Shown here: positions 24,964-33,961 of the stretch, piece after piece
How positions within the stretch are numbered: the first letter of the stretch is position 1
Layout of the letters: each line of letters starts with the position of its first letter
From: Bacteroidota bacterium
Lineage (GTDB): Bacteria; Bacteroidota; Ignavibacteria; UBA10030; F1-140-MAGs086
Reading direction: 5' to 3'
Length of the DNA stretch: 37,565 bases
NCBI GenBank assembly: GCA_005792205.1
Contig: SXSO01000112.1
Location: 1 to 37,565, forward strand
The notes under the pieces: model-generated
The model's input: only the letters and a program-made list of their open reading frames with translations
Told to the model about the DNA's origin: nothing
Database searches by the model: none
Program-made: the position numbers and the translations under genes

Positions 24964-27900
24964 ATGAAAAGTTTGTACTACTTGTTATTCACTTTTACTT
25001 TTGTTTCAATCTCTGTGAGTGGAAATTTTTCCTCAAAAGGAACCGGAAATTGGAATATACTAACAACATGGGATTTAACATCTGGAATTGATACTGATGG
25101 CGTTCCCGATTCAGATGATAGTGTAACAATAGGAAATAACCACACAATTACAATACAAAATAACGACACTGCAAATTGTCTCTATCTTCAAATTGGAGAA
25201 AATTCTGCTGCTACAACTGCTACAATTTCATTTACTTCAAATTCAAGTGTATTAAATGTTGTGGGAGATGTTGCAATTTATCAATCTACTAATGCAGTAC
25301 AACTTCGCACAATAACTTGTGCAAATGGAAAATTTACAATTGGAGGAAACTTAACATTTAACGCATCAAACTCTTTACAAGGAACAACTTCAATTACATT
25401 ATCAACTGGAATTTTGACAATTGTAGGAGATATAAATTTTAATTCCACATCAACTTCAAAAGCATTGATTGATATGACAAGTGGAAGTGGAACTTTAAAT
25501 ATTGGTGGAAATATAAATTTAAGTTCAACTGGAAATATAAACATACAAGGTCCTAATACAACCGTAAATTACAACGGAAGTGGTGCTCAAACGATTAGGT
25601 TAGATGTTTCAAATATGATTTATCGAAACCTACTTGTGAGTAATACAAGTTCAAGTGGAGCAATTTTAAACGATACGATAACTAAATACAATTTAATTGG
25701 GGATATTACAATTACGGGAAAATTGAAAACATCAATTTATCCAATTTATGCAATTCCTGATACAACTTGGGATGATACAATAATTTTATCAATTGACTAT
25801 CAAAGTTTATTAGTTGATAGTGGAGGAACACTTGTAATTGGTGCTGTGAATACAACATTTGGATTTCCATCTGAATTCAATATTACAATAGATGCAAACA
25901 GCACAATTGTTTATGCGGGAGGAAATCAAAATGTAAAACACTTTGCAACGGGATATGGAAATTTAACTTTACAAAGTGGAAGTGGAATTGCAACAAAAAC
26001 ACTCGTAGATTCTACACTTACGATTTTAGGAAATTTGACAATTGGTGGTGATGGGGATTCCGTTGTTGTAAGTGCAAATAAAGAGTTTGTGACAAGTAAA
26101 GATGTTTCAATTGAAAGTGGCGGATTGCTTAAACTTGGAAGTTTTGAACATACTGTTGGAGGAGATTGGAATTATACGGGAGGAAATGTATCCTCACAAA
26201 CAAGCAAAGTTACATTTACATCAAATGATGCAATAACAATTGGTGGTCCAAGTTTCAATAAACTCATAATTGATGGTGATGGAATTAAAACTGCTTCATA
26301 TGGATTTTCTGTTGTTGATAGTTTTATTGTAGAAAGTGGTTCGCAATTCAACTCTTCAAGTTATGATATTACAGTTGCTGATTTAGTAAATAGTGGAACC
26401 ATTTCTTCTGCATCAAATATTTATGTTTCAAAAAATTTTGATAATTCAGGAACATTCAATTCCACAGAAAAGGTAATTTTGAGTGGAACTTCTGCACAAA
26501 CATTCAATAATGCAAATTTTTACAACTTATCTTTTACAGGAAATGGAATAAAAACTCCATCAACTTCAATCACCGTTGCAAATGATTTTACAATTGGAAG
26601 TGGAGCAACTGTTGAAGGAGTAAGTGGTCAAGAATTTACAATCGGAGATGATTGGACAAATAACGGAACATTTACTCATCAAGGTTCAAAAGTAACTTTT
26701 ACGGGAAATACAATTCAAACAATTGATGAAGGACCTTTTGGAGAAATTGTAATTGATAAAACCGGTGGTTCTGTTTCTCTTGATACAAATATAACTTGTG
26801 ATGTAAGTTTTACTTTGCAAAACGGAAGTTTGGAAATTGACACTTATACAATTTCAGGAAACAGTAGCGCAACATTTACTTTGGATAGCAACACAACTTT
26901 GAATATCAAAGGAGCAAATATTTTTCCTGCTTCATTTACGACTTATACATTGAATGCAACTTCAACTGTAGAATATTCTGGTGATGCACAAACAATTTCT
27001 GATATTGTTGGAAGTAACTATTGGAATTTAGTTTTAAGTGGAACTAGTACAAAAACTTTGGGAGGAACTATTGGAGTTGATGGAAATTGCACTGTTCAAC
27101 CAAATATAACTATTGATCCTGATGCTACTAACAATTTCTCAATTACAGGAGCTGCAGGAAAAACACTTTCAGTTTATGGAATTTTAAATGTGTTATCAAA
27201 TGATTTTACTGATCACTATTCATCATTTGGAACCGTAACTTTACAAGATGGAAGTACAGTTGCTTATATTGGAGATGCTCAAAATATAGATTCAACACTC
27301 TCATACAAAAATTTAGTTCTTGCGGGAAGTGGAATAAAATCTTTTTCTAAAGGAACCACAATTTCAATTGACTTGAATATTGATTCAGTTACAGTTGATG
27401 GAGGAACTTTCTCTCATACAATTTTGGGAGATGTAAATACAAATGATGGAAGCGATGAAACTCAAGCAAAATTTACTTCTACTGGAAGTATAACTTTTAG
27501 TGGAACTTCTCAAAATATTGGAAGAAGTGAATTTAAAAATGTAACGTTTGCTGGAAGTGAAACAAAATATGCAACAAATACTTTCGCAATTTCAGGAAAT
27601 TTGACAATCAATAGTGGTGCAATTTTTGATGCAGGAGAATACTCTCACACAATTCAAGGAAATTTTACAAACAGTGGAACATTTGAAGATTCCACAAGTA
27701 CGTTTACATTTGAGGGAACTTCTCAACAACAAATTTCAGGAAGAACAAAATTTCACAATTTAATTTTAAATGATACAAGTGGTCTTTCACTTGGAGAGAC
27801 AATCACAGTTGATACAATTGAAATTCAAACCGGACTTTTGACTACAAATTCTGACACACTTATTTTAACTAACAATGGTTCAATGACAGAACCAGCTGGA

Positions 27901-30798
27901 AAACCAATAAGTGGTTTTGTAAAAATTTCTAAAACTGTTGTAGTAGAAGAAGGCAAATTTATGATTACAGAATCATTTGGTGGAATTGGAATTGAAATTA
28001 CAACCGATACTGTACTTGGTCAAACAACAGTTCTTCGTAGAACAGGAGTTGCACTTTCAGGAGAAATCGGAACAATTTATGCATCGAAACAATCTATCAA
28101 AAGATATTTTGATGTGAGCTCAACTAAAAACGCAAACCTTGATGCAAGTGTTACAATTTATTATGACAATACTGAAGTTAATTCAATAAATGAAGTAAAT
28201 TTAGGTTTATGGGAATCTTTCAATAGCGGTTCAAGTTGGAAAAAATATCAAAGTGTGGTTGATACCGTTGGAAATTCAATAACTGCAAGTGGAATAAATA
28301 GACTTTCTCGTTTTACAGCATCTGATTCACTATCTCCCGTTTCAATTAAAATCAGAAGTTATCGCGACAAAGATGGAGATATTACTTCAACTGACGATTG
28401 GATAAGAAAAAAATGGAGATTGGAACTTAGAAAAGATAGTTTGAATGGTTCATATGTTTATGCTGTAGATAGCGATACCGCATTTAATGTAACTGATTTA
28501 GCAGAAGGGACTTACTATGCAGTTGAAGCAGATTCGCTTCCTCGTGGAAAACATCTTGGACAAAGAATTAACAACGATGAACCAACTTCTGATACATTGC
28601 GATATTATCAAATCACAGCACTTGGTGGAAATAGTTACATTGTTGATTTTGCAAATTTCTTTCCAAACAAATTGAGTGTAAAAATGTATCGTGATATGGA
28701 TATTGATTTTTCAACATCAAGTGATAGAATTGCAAAGAAATGGAAAATTGCTTTATATGTTGGAACCCCACTTACTGAACCTGTTGATTCAATTGATTCT
28801 GATACAATTTTCACAAAAGAAAATTTAGGCGATGGAAGTTATTTAATAAAAATCCCAATGTCAGATAGTACAAGATGGAAAAAACTTGGACACACAATTT
28901 ATGCTCCTGATGACACAACTTCACAGGAAGTTTATTATACTGCAATTTTAGTAACATTAGATGAAGCCGAAACTAAAACTGCAGAGATTGTTGTAGCACA
29001 TCCTGCAGAAGTTATTGTGAAATCGTTTAGAGACGTTGATGGTGATTCCACAACAACAAGTGATTATGATGGAAAATCATGGAAACTTTCATTATTTAGA
29101 AGAGATACCACTGGATTAATTTTTATTGATTCAACTAACAATGCAAAAACCGATACAATTTTAAAAGTAGATGATTTAAGAGAAGCAACTTATGTCGCTG
29201 TTGAATCAGATAGTTTAGGAAATTTTGTTCATTACGCAACTTTTAGTAATGGAACAAAACGAATGGGAACACAAAATACTGATTCGGTAACAGTTGTTGG
29301 TGGCGATTCAATGGAAATTTGGTTTGTGAATTTTAATCCAAATAATATTTTTACCGCATCTTTTGAAGATATCGATGGAAATGCAAGTTCCTCAAATGAT
29401 AGAACTTCACATTCAATTCAAATGTCACTTTACAAACAACAGTTTAGTGGAGCAATGGAACCAAATACTTTGATTAAGCAAGTTACTGCTGATTCGCTTA
29501 CTTCACTTAATATAGGAGATGGAGTATATTTTCTTATTCAAGAAGATCATGCAACTTTAAAAGATTTGAAATCACTTGCAACAGGAAAAAGAATTACATC
29601 AAAAGATGATACTTTAAGTTTTAAAGTTATTTCAGATGATGATTCTTTATTTCTTCCAGATACAATTAGATTTACTTTAAGTGGTGGAAGAAATGTATAT
29701 GTAGATTTCTTGCATTATAATTCTGACAATGTAAAGTTTAGAACATTTCTACAAGATGATTATGATGAAAAAGGAATAAAAATAAAAGTTAAAAAAGGGA
29801 CTACAATTCCAATGCCAAATGCAGGAAATGTAAGAGATACTGCGTTCAAAAAAATGTATTCTAAAAAAGAAGCAATAATTGGAATTGCACAAACTACAAA
29901 AGAAAATAAAAAACTTTATGGATGGATGGGAACAAAATCGGGTTCGTCTGTAAAATCATCGTTGCCTCAAAATGGATATTCTCGTGGATTTGATGTATTT
30001 CGTACTAAACAAGCAAGTGCTACAAAACCAGCAAAATACAAAGCAATTGTTGGTAAATATGGAACAATAAAACCAGGAAAATATAATTATGATAATAAAC
30101 TTCTTGGAGAACAACTCACATTTGTTACAAATATCGCAGCAAGTGATGCAGGAATTACAAAAACTGGTTTTGGGGATTTAGTTTACACCGGAGATGTGAG
30201 TGAAGCAAATGGAAAAACATTGAGAGAAATCAAAACAAGTGTTGATACAATTTTAACATATTGGACAAACTATTATTCATTTGACGAATCTGCAAGTTAT
30301 GACACAAATGGTTCTCCACCAACGACTTCAGAAATTGATCCAATTTATGATACTTATGCTTCACTTTTGGAAACAATAAATTTTGCATTTACTATTGATA
30401 TTGATACAATTTCTACTTCTCCACTTAAAATTACTGGAGCAAAAGAAATCAATCAAGTTCCATTTTTGCAAATGGTAAATTTCAGAAATGATGACTCAAT
30501 AATTGTTTATGATTATGTTGAACCAACTCAATATGAAGTGTTTCAAAATTACCCAAATCCATTTAATCCAATAACTACAATATCATTCGTAATGTTAGAT
30601 GATGGATATGTAAGTTTAAAAATTTACAACATACTTGGAGAGGAACTTTTAGATATTGTTCAAAACGAATTTTTTGAAACAGGAGGAAATGAAATTCAGT
30701 TTGATGCTTCTTATTTGCCAAGTGGAGTTTATTATTATAGGTTTTTTGTAAATGGGAAGTTTGAAGGCAACACTTTAAAAATGGTTTTAATCAAGTAA
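24964..30798 (+). CDS. Giant T9SS-secreted surface protein (1944 aa). It contains a long beta-helix-type repeat region, four SdrD-B/Cna-B-like tandem modules, a Lys-rich unassigned domain and a type-A C-terminal sorting domain.
   Basis: The start is taken at the ATG at 24964 (MKSLYYLLFTFTFVSISVSG signal peptide). The track's TTG at 24913 adds 17 residues. The C-terminus is FQNYPNPFNPITTISFVMLDDGYVSLKIYNILGEELLDIV...SGVYYYRFFVNGKFEGNTLKMVLIK. A strong terminator follows the gene. Confidence 0.9.
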   Translation: MKSLYYLLFTFTFVSISVSGNFSSKGTGNWNILTTWDLTSGIDTDGVPDSDDSVTIGNNHTITIQNNDTANCLYLQIGENSAATTATISFTSNSSVLNVVGDVAIYQSTNAVQLRTITCANGKFTIGGNLTFNASNSLQGTTSITLSTGILTIVGDINFNSTSTSKALIDMTSGSGTLNIGGNINLSSTGNINIQGPNTTVNYNGSGAQTIRLDVSNMIYRNLLVSNTSSSGAILNDTITKYNLIGDITITGKLKTSIYPIYAIPDTTWDDTIILSIDYQSLLVDSGGTLVIGAVNTTFGFPSEFNITIDANSTIVYAGGNQNVKHFATGYGNLTLQSGSGIATKTLVDSTLTILGNLTIGGDGDSVVVSANKEFVTSKDVSIESGGLLKLGSFEHTVGGDWNYTGGNVSSQTSKVTFTSNDAITIGGPSFNKLIIDGDGIKTASYGFSVVDSFIVESGSQFNSSSYDITVADLVNSGTISSASNIYVSKNFDNSGTFNSTEKVILSGTSAQTFNNANFYNLSFTGNGIKTPSTSITVANDFTIGSGATVEGVSGQEFTIGDDWTNNGTFTHQGSKVTFTGNTIQTIDEGPFGEIVIDKTGGSVSLDTNITCDVSFTLQNGSLEIDTYTISGNSSATFTLDSNTTLNIKGANIFPASFTTYTLNATSTVEYSGDAQTISDIVGSNYWNLVLSGTSTKTLGGTIGVDGNCTVQPNITIDPDATNNFSITGAAGKTLSVYGILNVLSNDFTDHYSSFGTVTLQDGSTVAYIGDAQNIDSTLSYKNLVLAGSGIKSFSKGTTISIDLNIDSVTVDGGTFSHTILGDVNTNDGSDETQAKFTSTGSITFSGTSQNIGRSEFKNVTFAGSETKYATNTFAISGNLTINSGAIFDAGEYSHTIQGNFTNSGTFEDSTSTFTFEGTSQQQISGRTKFHNLILNDTSGLSLGETITVDTIEIQTGLLTTNSDTLILTNNGSMTEPAGKPISGFVKISKTVVVEEGKFMITESFGGIGIEITTDTVLGQTTVLRRTGVALSGEIGTIYASKQSIKRYFDVSSTKNANLDASVTIYYDNTEVNSINEVNLGLWESFNSGSSWKKYQSVVDTVGNSITASGINRLSRFTASDSLSPVSIKIRSYRDKDGDITSTDDWIRKKWRLELRKDSLNGSYVYAVDSDTAFNVTDLAEGTYYAVEADSLPRGKHLGQRINNDEPTSDTLRYYQITALGGNSYIVDFANFFPNKLSVKMYRDMDIDFSTSSDRIAKKWKIALYVGTPLTEPVDSIDSDTIFTKENLGDGSYLIKIPMSDSTRWKKLGHTIYAPDDTTSQEVYYTAILVTLDEAETKTAEIVVAHPAEVIVKSFRDVDGDSTTTSDYDGKSWKLSLFRRDTTGLIFIDSTNNAKTDTILKVDDLREATYVAVESDSLGNFVHYATFSNGTKRMGTQNTDSVTVVGGDSMEIWFVNFNPNNIFTASFEDIDGNASSSNDRTSHSIQMSLYKQQFSGAMEPNTLIKQVTADSLTSLNIGDGVYFLIQEDHATLKDLKSLATGKRITSKDDTLSFKVISDDDSLFLPDTIRFTLSGGRNVYVDFLHYNSDNVKFRTFLQDDYDEKGIKIKVKKGTTIPMPNAGNVRDTAFKKMYSKKEAIIGIAQTTKENKKLYGWMGTKSGSSVKSSLPQNGYSRGFDVFRTKQASATKPAKYKAIVGKYGTIKPGKYNYDNKLLGEQLTFVTNIAASDAGITKTGFGDLVYTGDVSEANGKTLREIKTSVDTILTYWTNYYSFDESASYDTNGSPPTTSEIDPIYDTYASLLETINFAFTIDIDTISTSPLKITGAKEINQVPFLQMVNFRNDDSIIVYDYVEPTQYEVFQNYPNPFNPITTISFVMLDDGYVSLKIYNILGEELLDIVQNEFFETGGNEIQFDASYLPSGVYYYRFFVNGKFEGNTLKMVLIK
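25621..27840 (+). repeat. Protein-level periodic repeat (about nine units of roughly 73-109 aa), consistent with a parallel beta-helix/PATR-like passenger
   Basis: The anchor [FY]-x-N-[LV]-x-[LIF]-x-G-x-G-x-K recurs at nt ~25621 (YRNLLVS), 25951 (YGNLTLQSGSG), 26254 (FNKLIIDGDGIKT) and 26521 (YNLSFTGNGIKT). It recurs again at 26737 (FGEIVIDKTGG), 27019 (YWNLVLSGTSTKT), 27304 (YKNLVLAGSGIKS), 27532 (FKNVTFAGSETK) and 27751 (FHNLILNDTSG). Each unit also contains a motif like G.FT..GSKVTFTG...Q.I. The repeats are diverged at the DNA level. Confidence 0.7.
28340..29721 (+). repeat. Four tandem ~111-113-aa modules (SdrD-B/Cna-B-like) inside the giant protein
   Basis: The units start at nt ~28340 (IKIRSYRDKDGDITSTDDWIRKKWRLELRKD), ~28672 (VKMYRDMDIDFSTSSDRIAKKWKIALYVG), ~29011 (VKSFRDVDGDSTTTSDYDGKSWKLSLFRRD) and ~29345 (TASFEDIDGNASSSNDRTSHSIQMSLYKQQ). 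Three of the four end with G(G).(S/N).Y/I.V/W.F.NF.PN-like strands (the second ends differently, ETKTAEIVVAHPAEV), followed by the hydrophobic opening strand of the next module. Confidence 0.7.
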
Positions 30799-30823
30799 AA
30801 TTTTTTATTAAATCAAATACTAC

Positions 30824-30864
30824 AAAACCTCTTTCAAAAAAAATTGTAAGAGGTTTTATTTTTT
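30824..30864 (+). terminator. Rho-independent terminator after the giant gene
   Basis: AAAACCTCTT (30824-30833) pairs with AAGAGGTTTT (30848-30857) across a 14-nt A-rich loop. The sequence ATTTTTT follows and runs directly into the dacB ATG at 30865. Confidence 0.8.
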
Positions 30865-32253
30865 ATGAAAATATTTTTTAAAATTTTTATTTTATTTTTT
30901 TTAGTTTATATTTTTTCTTATTCAGATATAAATAAAAGCGATTTAATTCAAAAACTAAATAAAATTTTTTCCAAGAAAGTTTTTAAGAATACAAGTTATG
31001 GAATTTCAGTTGTGAATTTAGAAACACAAAAAAAATTATATGAAAAAAATGCATACAAAAATTTTCGTCCTGCTTCTATATTAAAACTAATCACAACTTA
31101 TTCTGCTTACAATTATTTATCTGACACATTTAAAATAAAAACAGAATTTGGTTTGGATAAAAATAATAATTTATATGTAAAAGGTTTTGGAGATGCGTTT
31201 TTCAAAACAAAGGATTTGGAAATTATTGTTAATGAAATTGCAAAAAAAAATATCAAATCAATTCAAAATATAATTGGAGATATTTCTTATTTTGATAATA
31301 AACATTGGGGAAATGGATGGATGTGGGACGATGAACCAAATCCAAGTGCGATGTATATTTCTCCACTTTCTATAAATTTTAACACTTTGGAAGTATGTGT
31401 AAATACAAATGAATTAAACAGACAACCAAAAGTTATTTTAAACCCAAACACTTCATATTTTACAATTGAAAACAAAGCACAAGTAAAAAATAAAATAAAA
31501 GAAAAATTTTCTGTAAATAGAAAATGGATTGAACGAGAAAATGTTATTGAAATAAATGGAGATTTTTTATACTCTACAATTGCAGATACATTTCGTGTAA
31601 ATGTGTGGAAACCAGAATTTTATTTTCTCACACTTTTGAAAGAAAAACTTTTGGAAAATAAAATTTCTGTAAATGGGGAAATTCAACTTGGAGAATTTCC
31701 AAAAAATATTTATTCACAATTTATTTTAACACCAATTGATTCACTTATTTTTACAGCAAATAAATTTAGTAATAATCTTTGCGCAGAAAATCTTTTAAAA
31801 ATTATTGCTGGAGAAAGAATTGGACTTCCTGCAACCGCTGATAATGGAATTTTACTTGAAAAAAACTTTCTTGCTTCAATTGGAATTGATACATCTGAAA
31901 TTGTAATTGCTGATGGTTCTGGAGTTTCTGATTACAATTTAATGTCTCCAAACAATTTCACAACTTTTTTGAAAAAAATATATAATGGGAAAAATTGGGA
32001 AAAATTTTTCTCTTCCCTTTCAATAGGAGGAATTGATGGAACACTCAAAAATAGATTTAAAGGAACAAATGTAGAAGGAAAGGTTTTTGCAAAAACAGGA
32101 ACCAAAAGAGGAATTGCTTCACTTGTTGGAATTGTAGAAAAAAAAAATAGAGGAAAAATTGCGTTCGCTATAATAATTAATAATTATTATGGTGAAACAA
32201 AAGTTCTTAAAAATATGATTGATGAAATTGTTTCAACAATTTACCAAAATTAA
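30865..32253 (+). CDS. dacB: D-alanyl-D-alanine carboxypeptidase/endopeptidase, PBP4 (peptidase S13)
   Basis: Signal peptide, SxxK in FRPASILKLITT, SxN in KFSNNLCAENLLK, DGSGVS, and KTG in AKTGTKRG. Length 462 aa. Confidence 0.85.
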   Translation: MKIFFKIFILFFLVYIFSYSDINKSDLIQKLNKIFSKKVFKNTSYGISVVNLETQKKLYEKNAYKNFRPASILKLITTYSAYNYLSDTFKIKTEFGLDKNNNLYVKGFGDAFFKTKDLEIIVNEIAKKNIKSIQNIIGDISYFDNKHWGNGWMWDDEPNPSAMYISPLSINFNTLEVCVNTNELNRQPKVILNPNTSYFTIENKAQVKNKIKEKFSVNRKWIERENVIEINGDFLYSTIADTFRVNVWKPEFYFLTLLKEKLLENKISVNGEIQLGEFPKNIYSQFILTPIDSLIFTANKFSNNLCAENLLKIIAGERIGLPATADNGILLEKNFLASIGIDTSEIVIADGSGVSDYNLMSPNNFTTFLKKIYNGKNWEKFFSSLSIGGIDGTLKNRFKGTNVEGKVFAKTGTKRGIASLVGIVEKKNRGKIAFAIIINNYYGETKVLKNMIDEIVSTIYQN

Positions 32254-32275
32254 AAAATAAAATTAGAAAAAAACA

Positions 32276-32809
32276 TTACTCATGTGTTTGTAAAATTTTT
32301 AAAAAATCTTTTTCCAATGTTTCATTTGGAGATTCTACAATTCGTCCAAGTTCATTTCCGTGTTTGTAAAAAATAATTGTTGGAACACTTTCAATATTTT
32401 TTTCTTGTGGAAATCCAAGTGGAATTTGCTTTGTTCTATCAACACAAAAAAAATTCACTTTTTCAAGTGAAAAATTTAATTGATGTAAAATTTTTACAAA
32501 CGCAGGAATTTCTTTTCTCGTATCGCTGCACCAAGTTCCCATTGCGATTTCAATTGTAATATCATCTAAAATTATTTTTTGTATCTCACTTAAATCAACT
32601 TCGTTGGAAATATATTTTTGATAAGTTTCCTCATACCAATTTTTATACGGGACAAATTGTAAGTCATCCAAGAAAATTTTTCCAAGTAACATTTCTTCAT
32701 TTTTTTTTTCGTCAAAACCCTTTTGTGGAGAATGCGATGAAACAATATTTTTTGTACAGTTAAAAAAAATAAAAGACAAAATGAATAAAATAAAAATTTT
32801 TATTTGCAT
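32276..32809 (-). CDS. Thioredoxin-fold lipoprotein (single-Cys WCxDT type)
   Basis: Lipobox-like FIFFNC. The thioredoxin-like core is IEIAMGTWCSDTRKEIPAFVKIL...VPTIIFYKHGNELGRIVE. Confidence 0.65.
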   Translation of the reverse strand: MQIKIFILFILSFIFFNCTKNIVSSHSPQKGFDEKKNEEMLLGKIFLDDLQFVPYKNWYEETYQKYISNEVDLSEIQKIILDDITIEIAMGTWCSDTRKEIPAFVKILHQLNFSLEKVNFFCVDRTKQIPLGFPQEKNIESVPTIIFYKHGNELGRIVESPNETLEKDFLKILQTHE

Positions 32810-32847
32810 AAAGTTTTAAGATATTTGAAAAAAAATTTTGAGAATTT

Positions 32848-33264
32848 ATGAATAAAAAACAAAAGTTTGAACCACTTGATAAATCATTTCCATTTGATGG
32901 ATATGAAAAAATTAACGACAACGTTTTAGAAACATTTCCGTATGAACATGTTGGGAAAAACATAATGATAAATATAGATACAGATGAATTTACTGTAGTT
33001 TGCCCTTTTTCTGGACTTCCTGATTTTGCAATTATAAAAGTAAATTATATTCCAAACAAAAAAATTATTGAACTTCGTTCGTTCAAATATTATTTACATT
33101 CATATCGCTCAGTTGGAATTTATCAAGAGCATTTGGTAAATCGTATTTTGGACGATTTAGTAAAATGTGTGCATCCAAAATGGATGGAAGTTATTGCTGA
33201 TTACAAAATAAGAGGAGGAATTCATACTGTTACAAAAGCAGAATATAATGGAAGAAAAAACTAG
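32848..33264 (+). CDS. queF: NADPH-dependent 7-cyano-7-deazaguanine (preQ0) reductase, type I
   Basis: 138 aa. The catalytic Cys context is VCPFSGLPDFAIIKVNYIP, and the QueF motif is ELRSFKYYLHSYR. Confidence 0.88.
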   Translation: MNKKQKFEPLDKSFPFDGYEKINDNVLETFPYEHVGKNIMINIDTDEFTVVCPFSGLPDFAIIKVNYIPNKKIIELRSFKYYLHSYRSVGIYQEHLVNRILDDLVKCVHPKWMEVIADYKIRGGIHTVTKAEYNGRKN

Positions 33265-33949
33265 TTCTTTTTTTTCATTTAAAAATATTTTCAAAAAAAT
33301 TGCAAAGTTTTTTTTCTATTTTTTTGTGATAAGCATCGCTTCTACAATTTTATTGCGATTTGTTCCTATATTTTTTACTCCTCTTATGGCAATTAGATTT
33401 TTTGAACAAGTTTTTTCAAGCGAAAAAAATTTAAAATTTGAAAAAGAATGGATTTCAAGTAAATCTATTTCACCACACATAAAAAATGCAGTAATTTGTT
33501 CTGAAGACCAAAACTTTAAAACACATTTTGGTTTTGACTTTGAAGCAATTGAAAAAGCAATTAAATACAATTCAAAACATCAAAAAATAAGAGGAGCAAG
33601 TACAATTTCACAACAAACTGCAAAAAATGTTTTTCTTTGGAATGGAAGAAATTGGATAAGAAAATCTTTAGAAACATATTTTACAATTTTGATAGAAATT
33701 TTTTGGACAAAAGAAAAAATTTTAGAAGTATATTTGAACATTATAGAATTTGGAGATGGAATTTATGGAATTGAAAAAGCGTCTCAAATTTATTTTAAAA
33801 AATCAGCAAATAAACTTTCAAAAAATGAATCTGCACTTCTTGCTGCAATACTTCCAAATCCAAGAAGATGGAATCTACATCATCCAACAAAATATATTTT
33901 AAAACGAAAAAATCACATTTTACAACAAATGGCTTACAACAATTTTTAA
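33248..33949 (+). CDS. mtgA: Monofunctional peptidoglycan glycosyltransferase
   Basis: N-terminal TM helix, then GT51 motifs CSEDQNFKTHFGFDF, RGASTISQQTAKNVFLW and ILEVYLNIIEFG. Its start overlaps the queF 3' end by 17 nt, and there is no nearer in-frame Met before the TM helix. Confidence 0.88.
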   Translation: MEEKTSSFFSFKNIFKKIAKFFFYFFVISIASTILLRFVPIFFTPLMAIRFFEQVFSSEKNLKFEKEWISSKSISPHIKNAVICSEDQNFKTHFGFDFEAIEKAIKYNSKHQKIRGASTISQQTAKNVFLWNGRNWIRKSLETYFTILIEIFWTKEKILEVYLNIIEFGDGIYGIEKASQIYFKKSANKLSKNESALLAAILPNPRRWNLHHPTKYILKRKNHILQQMAYNNF

Positions 33950-33961
33950 ATCATAAAACCA

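Noticed and set aside
24964-30798. Diversity-generating retroelement target or recent repeat expansion in the giant gene
   Set aside because: There is no reverse transcriptase, template repeat or near-identical DNA repeat in the window. The internal repeats are diverged at the nucleotide level.
32810-32847. preQ1 riboswitch upstream of queF
   Set aside because: Only 38 bp of A/T-rich spacer is available and I see no recognisable stem-loop or pseudoknot. A covariance-model scan would be needed for certainty.
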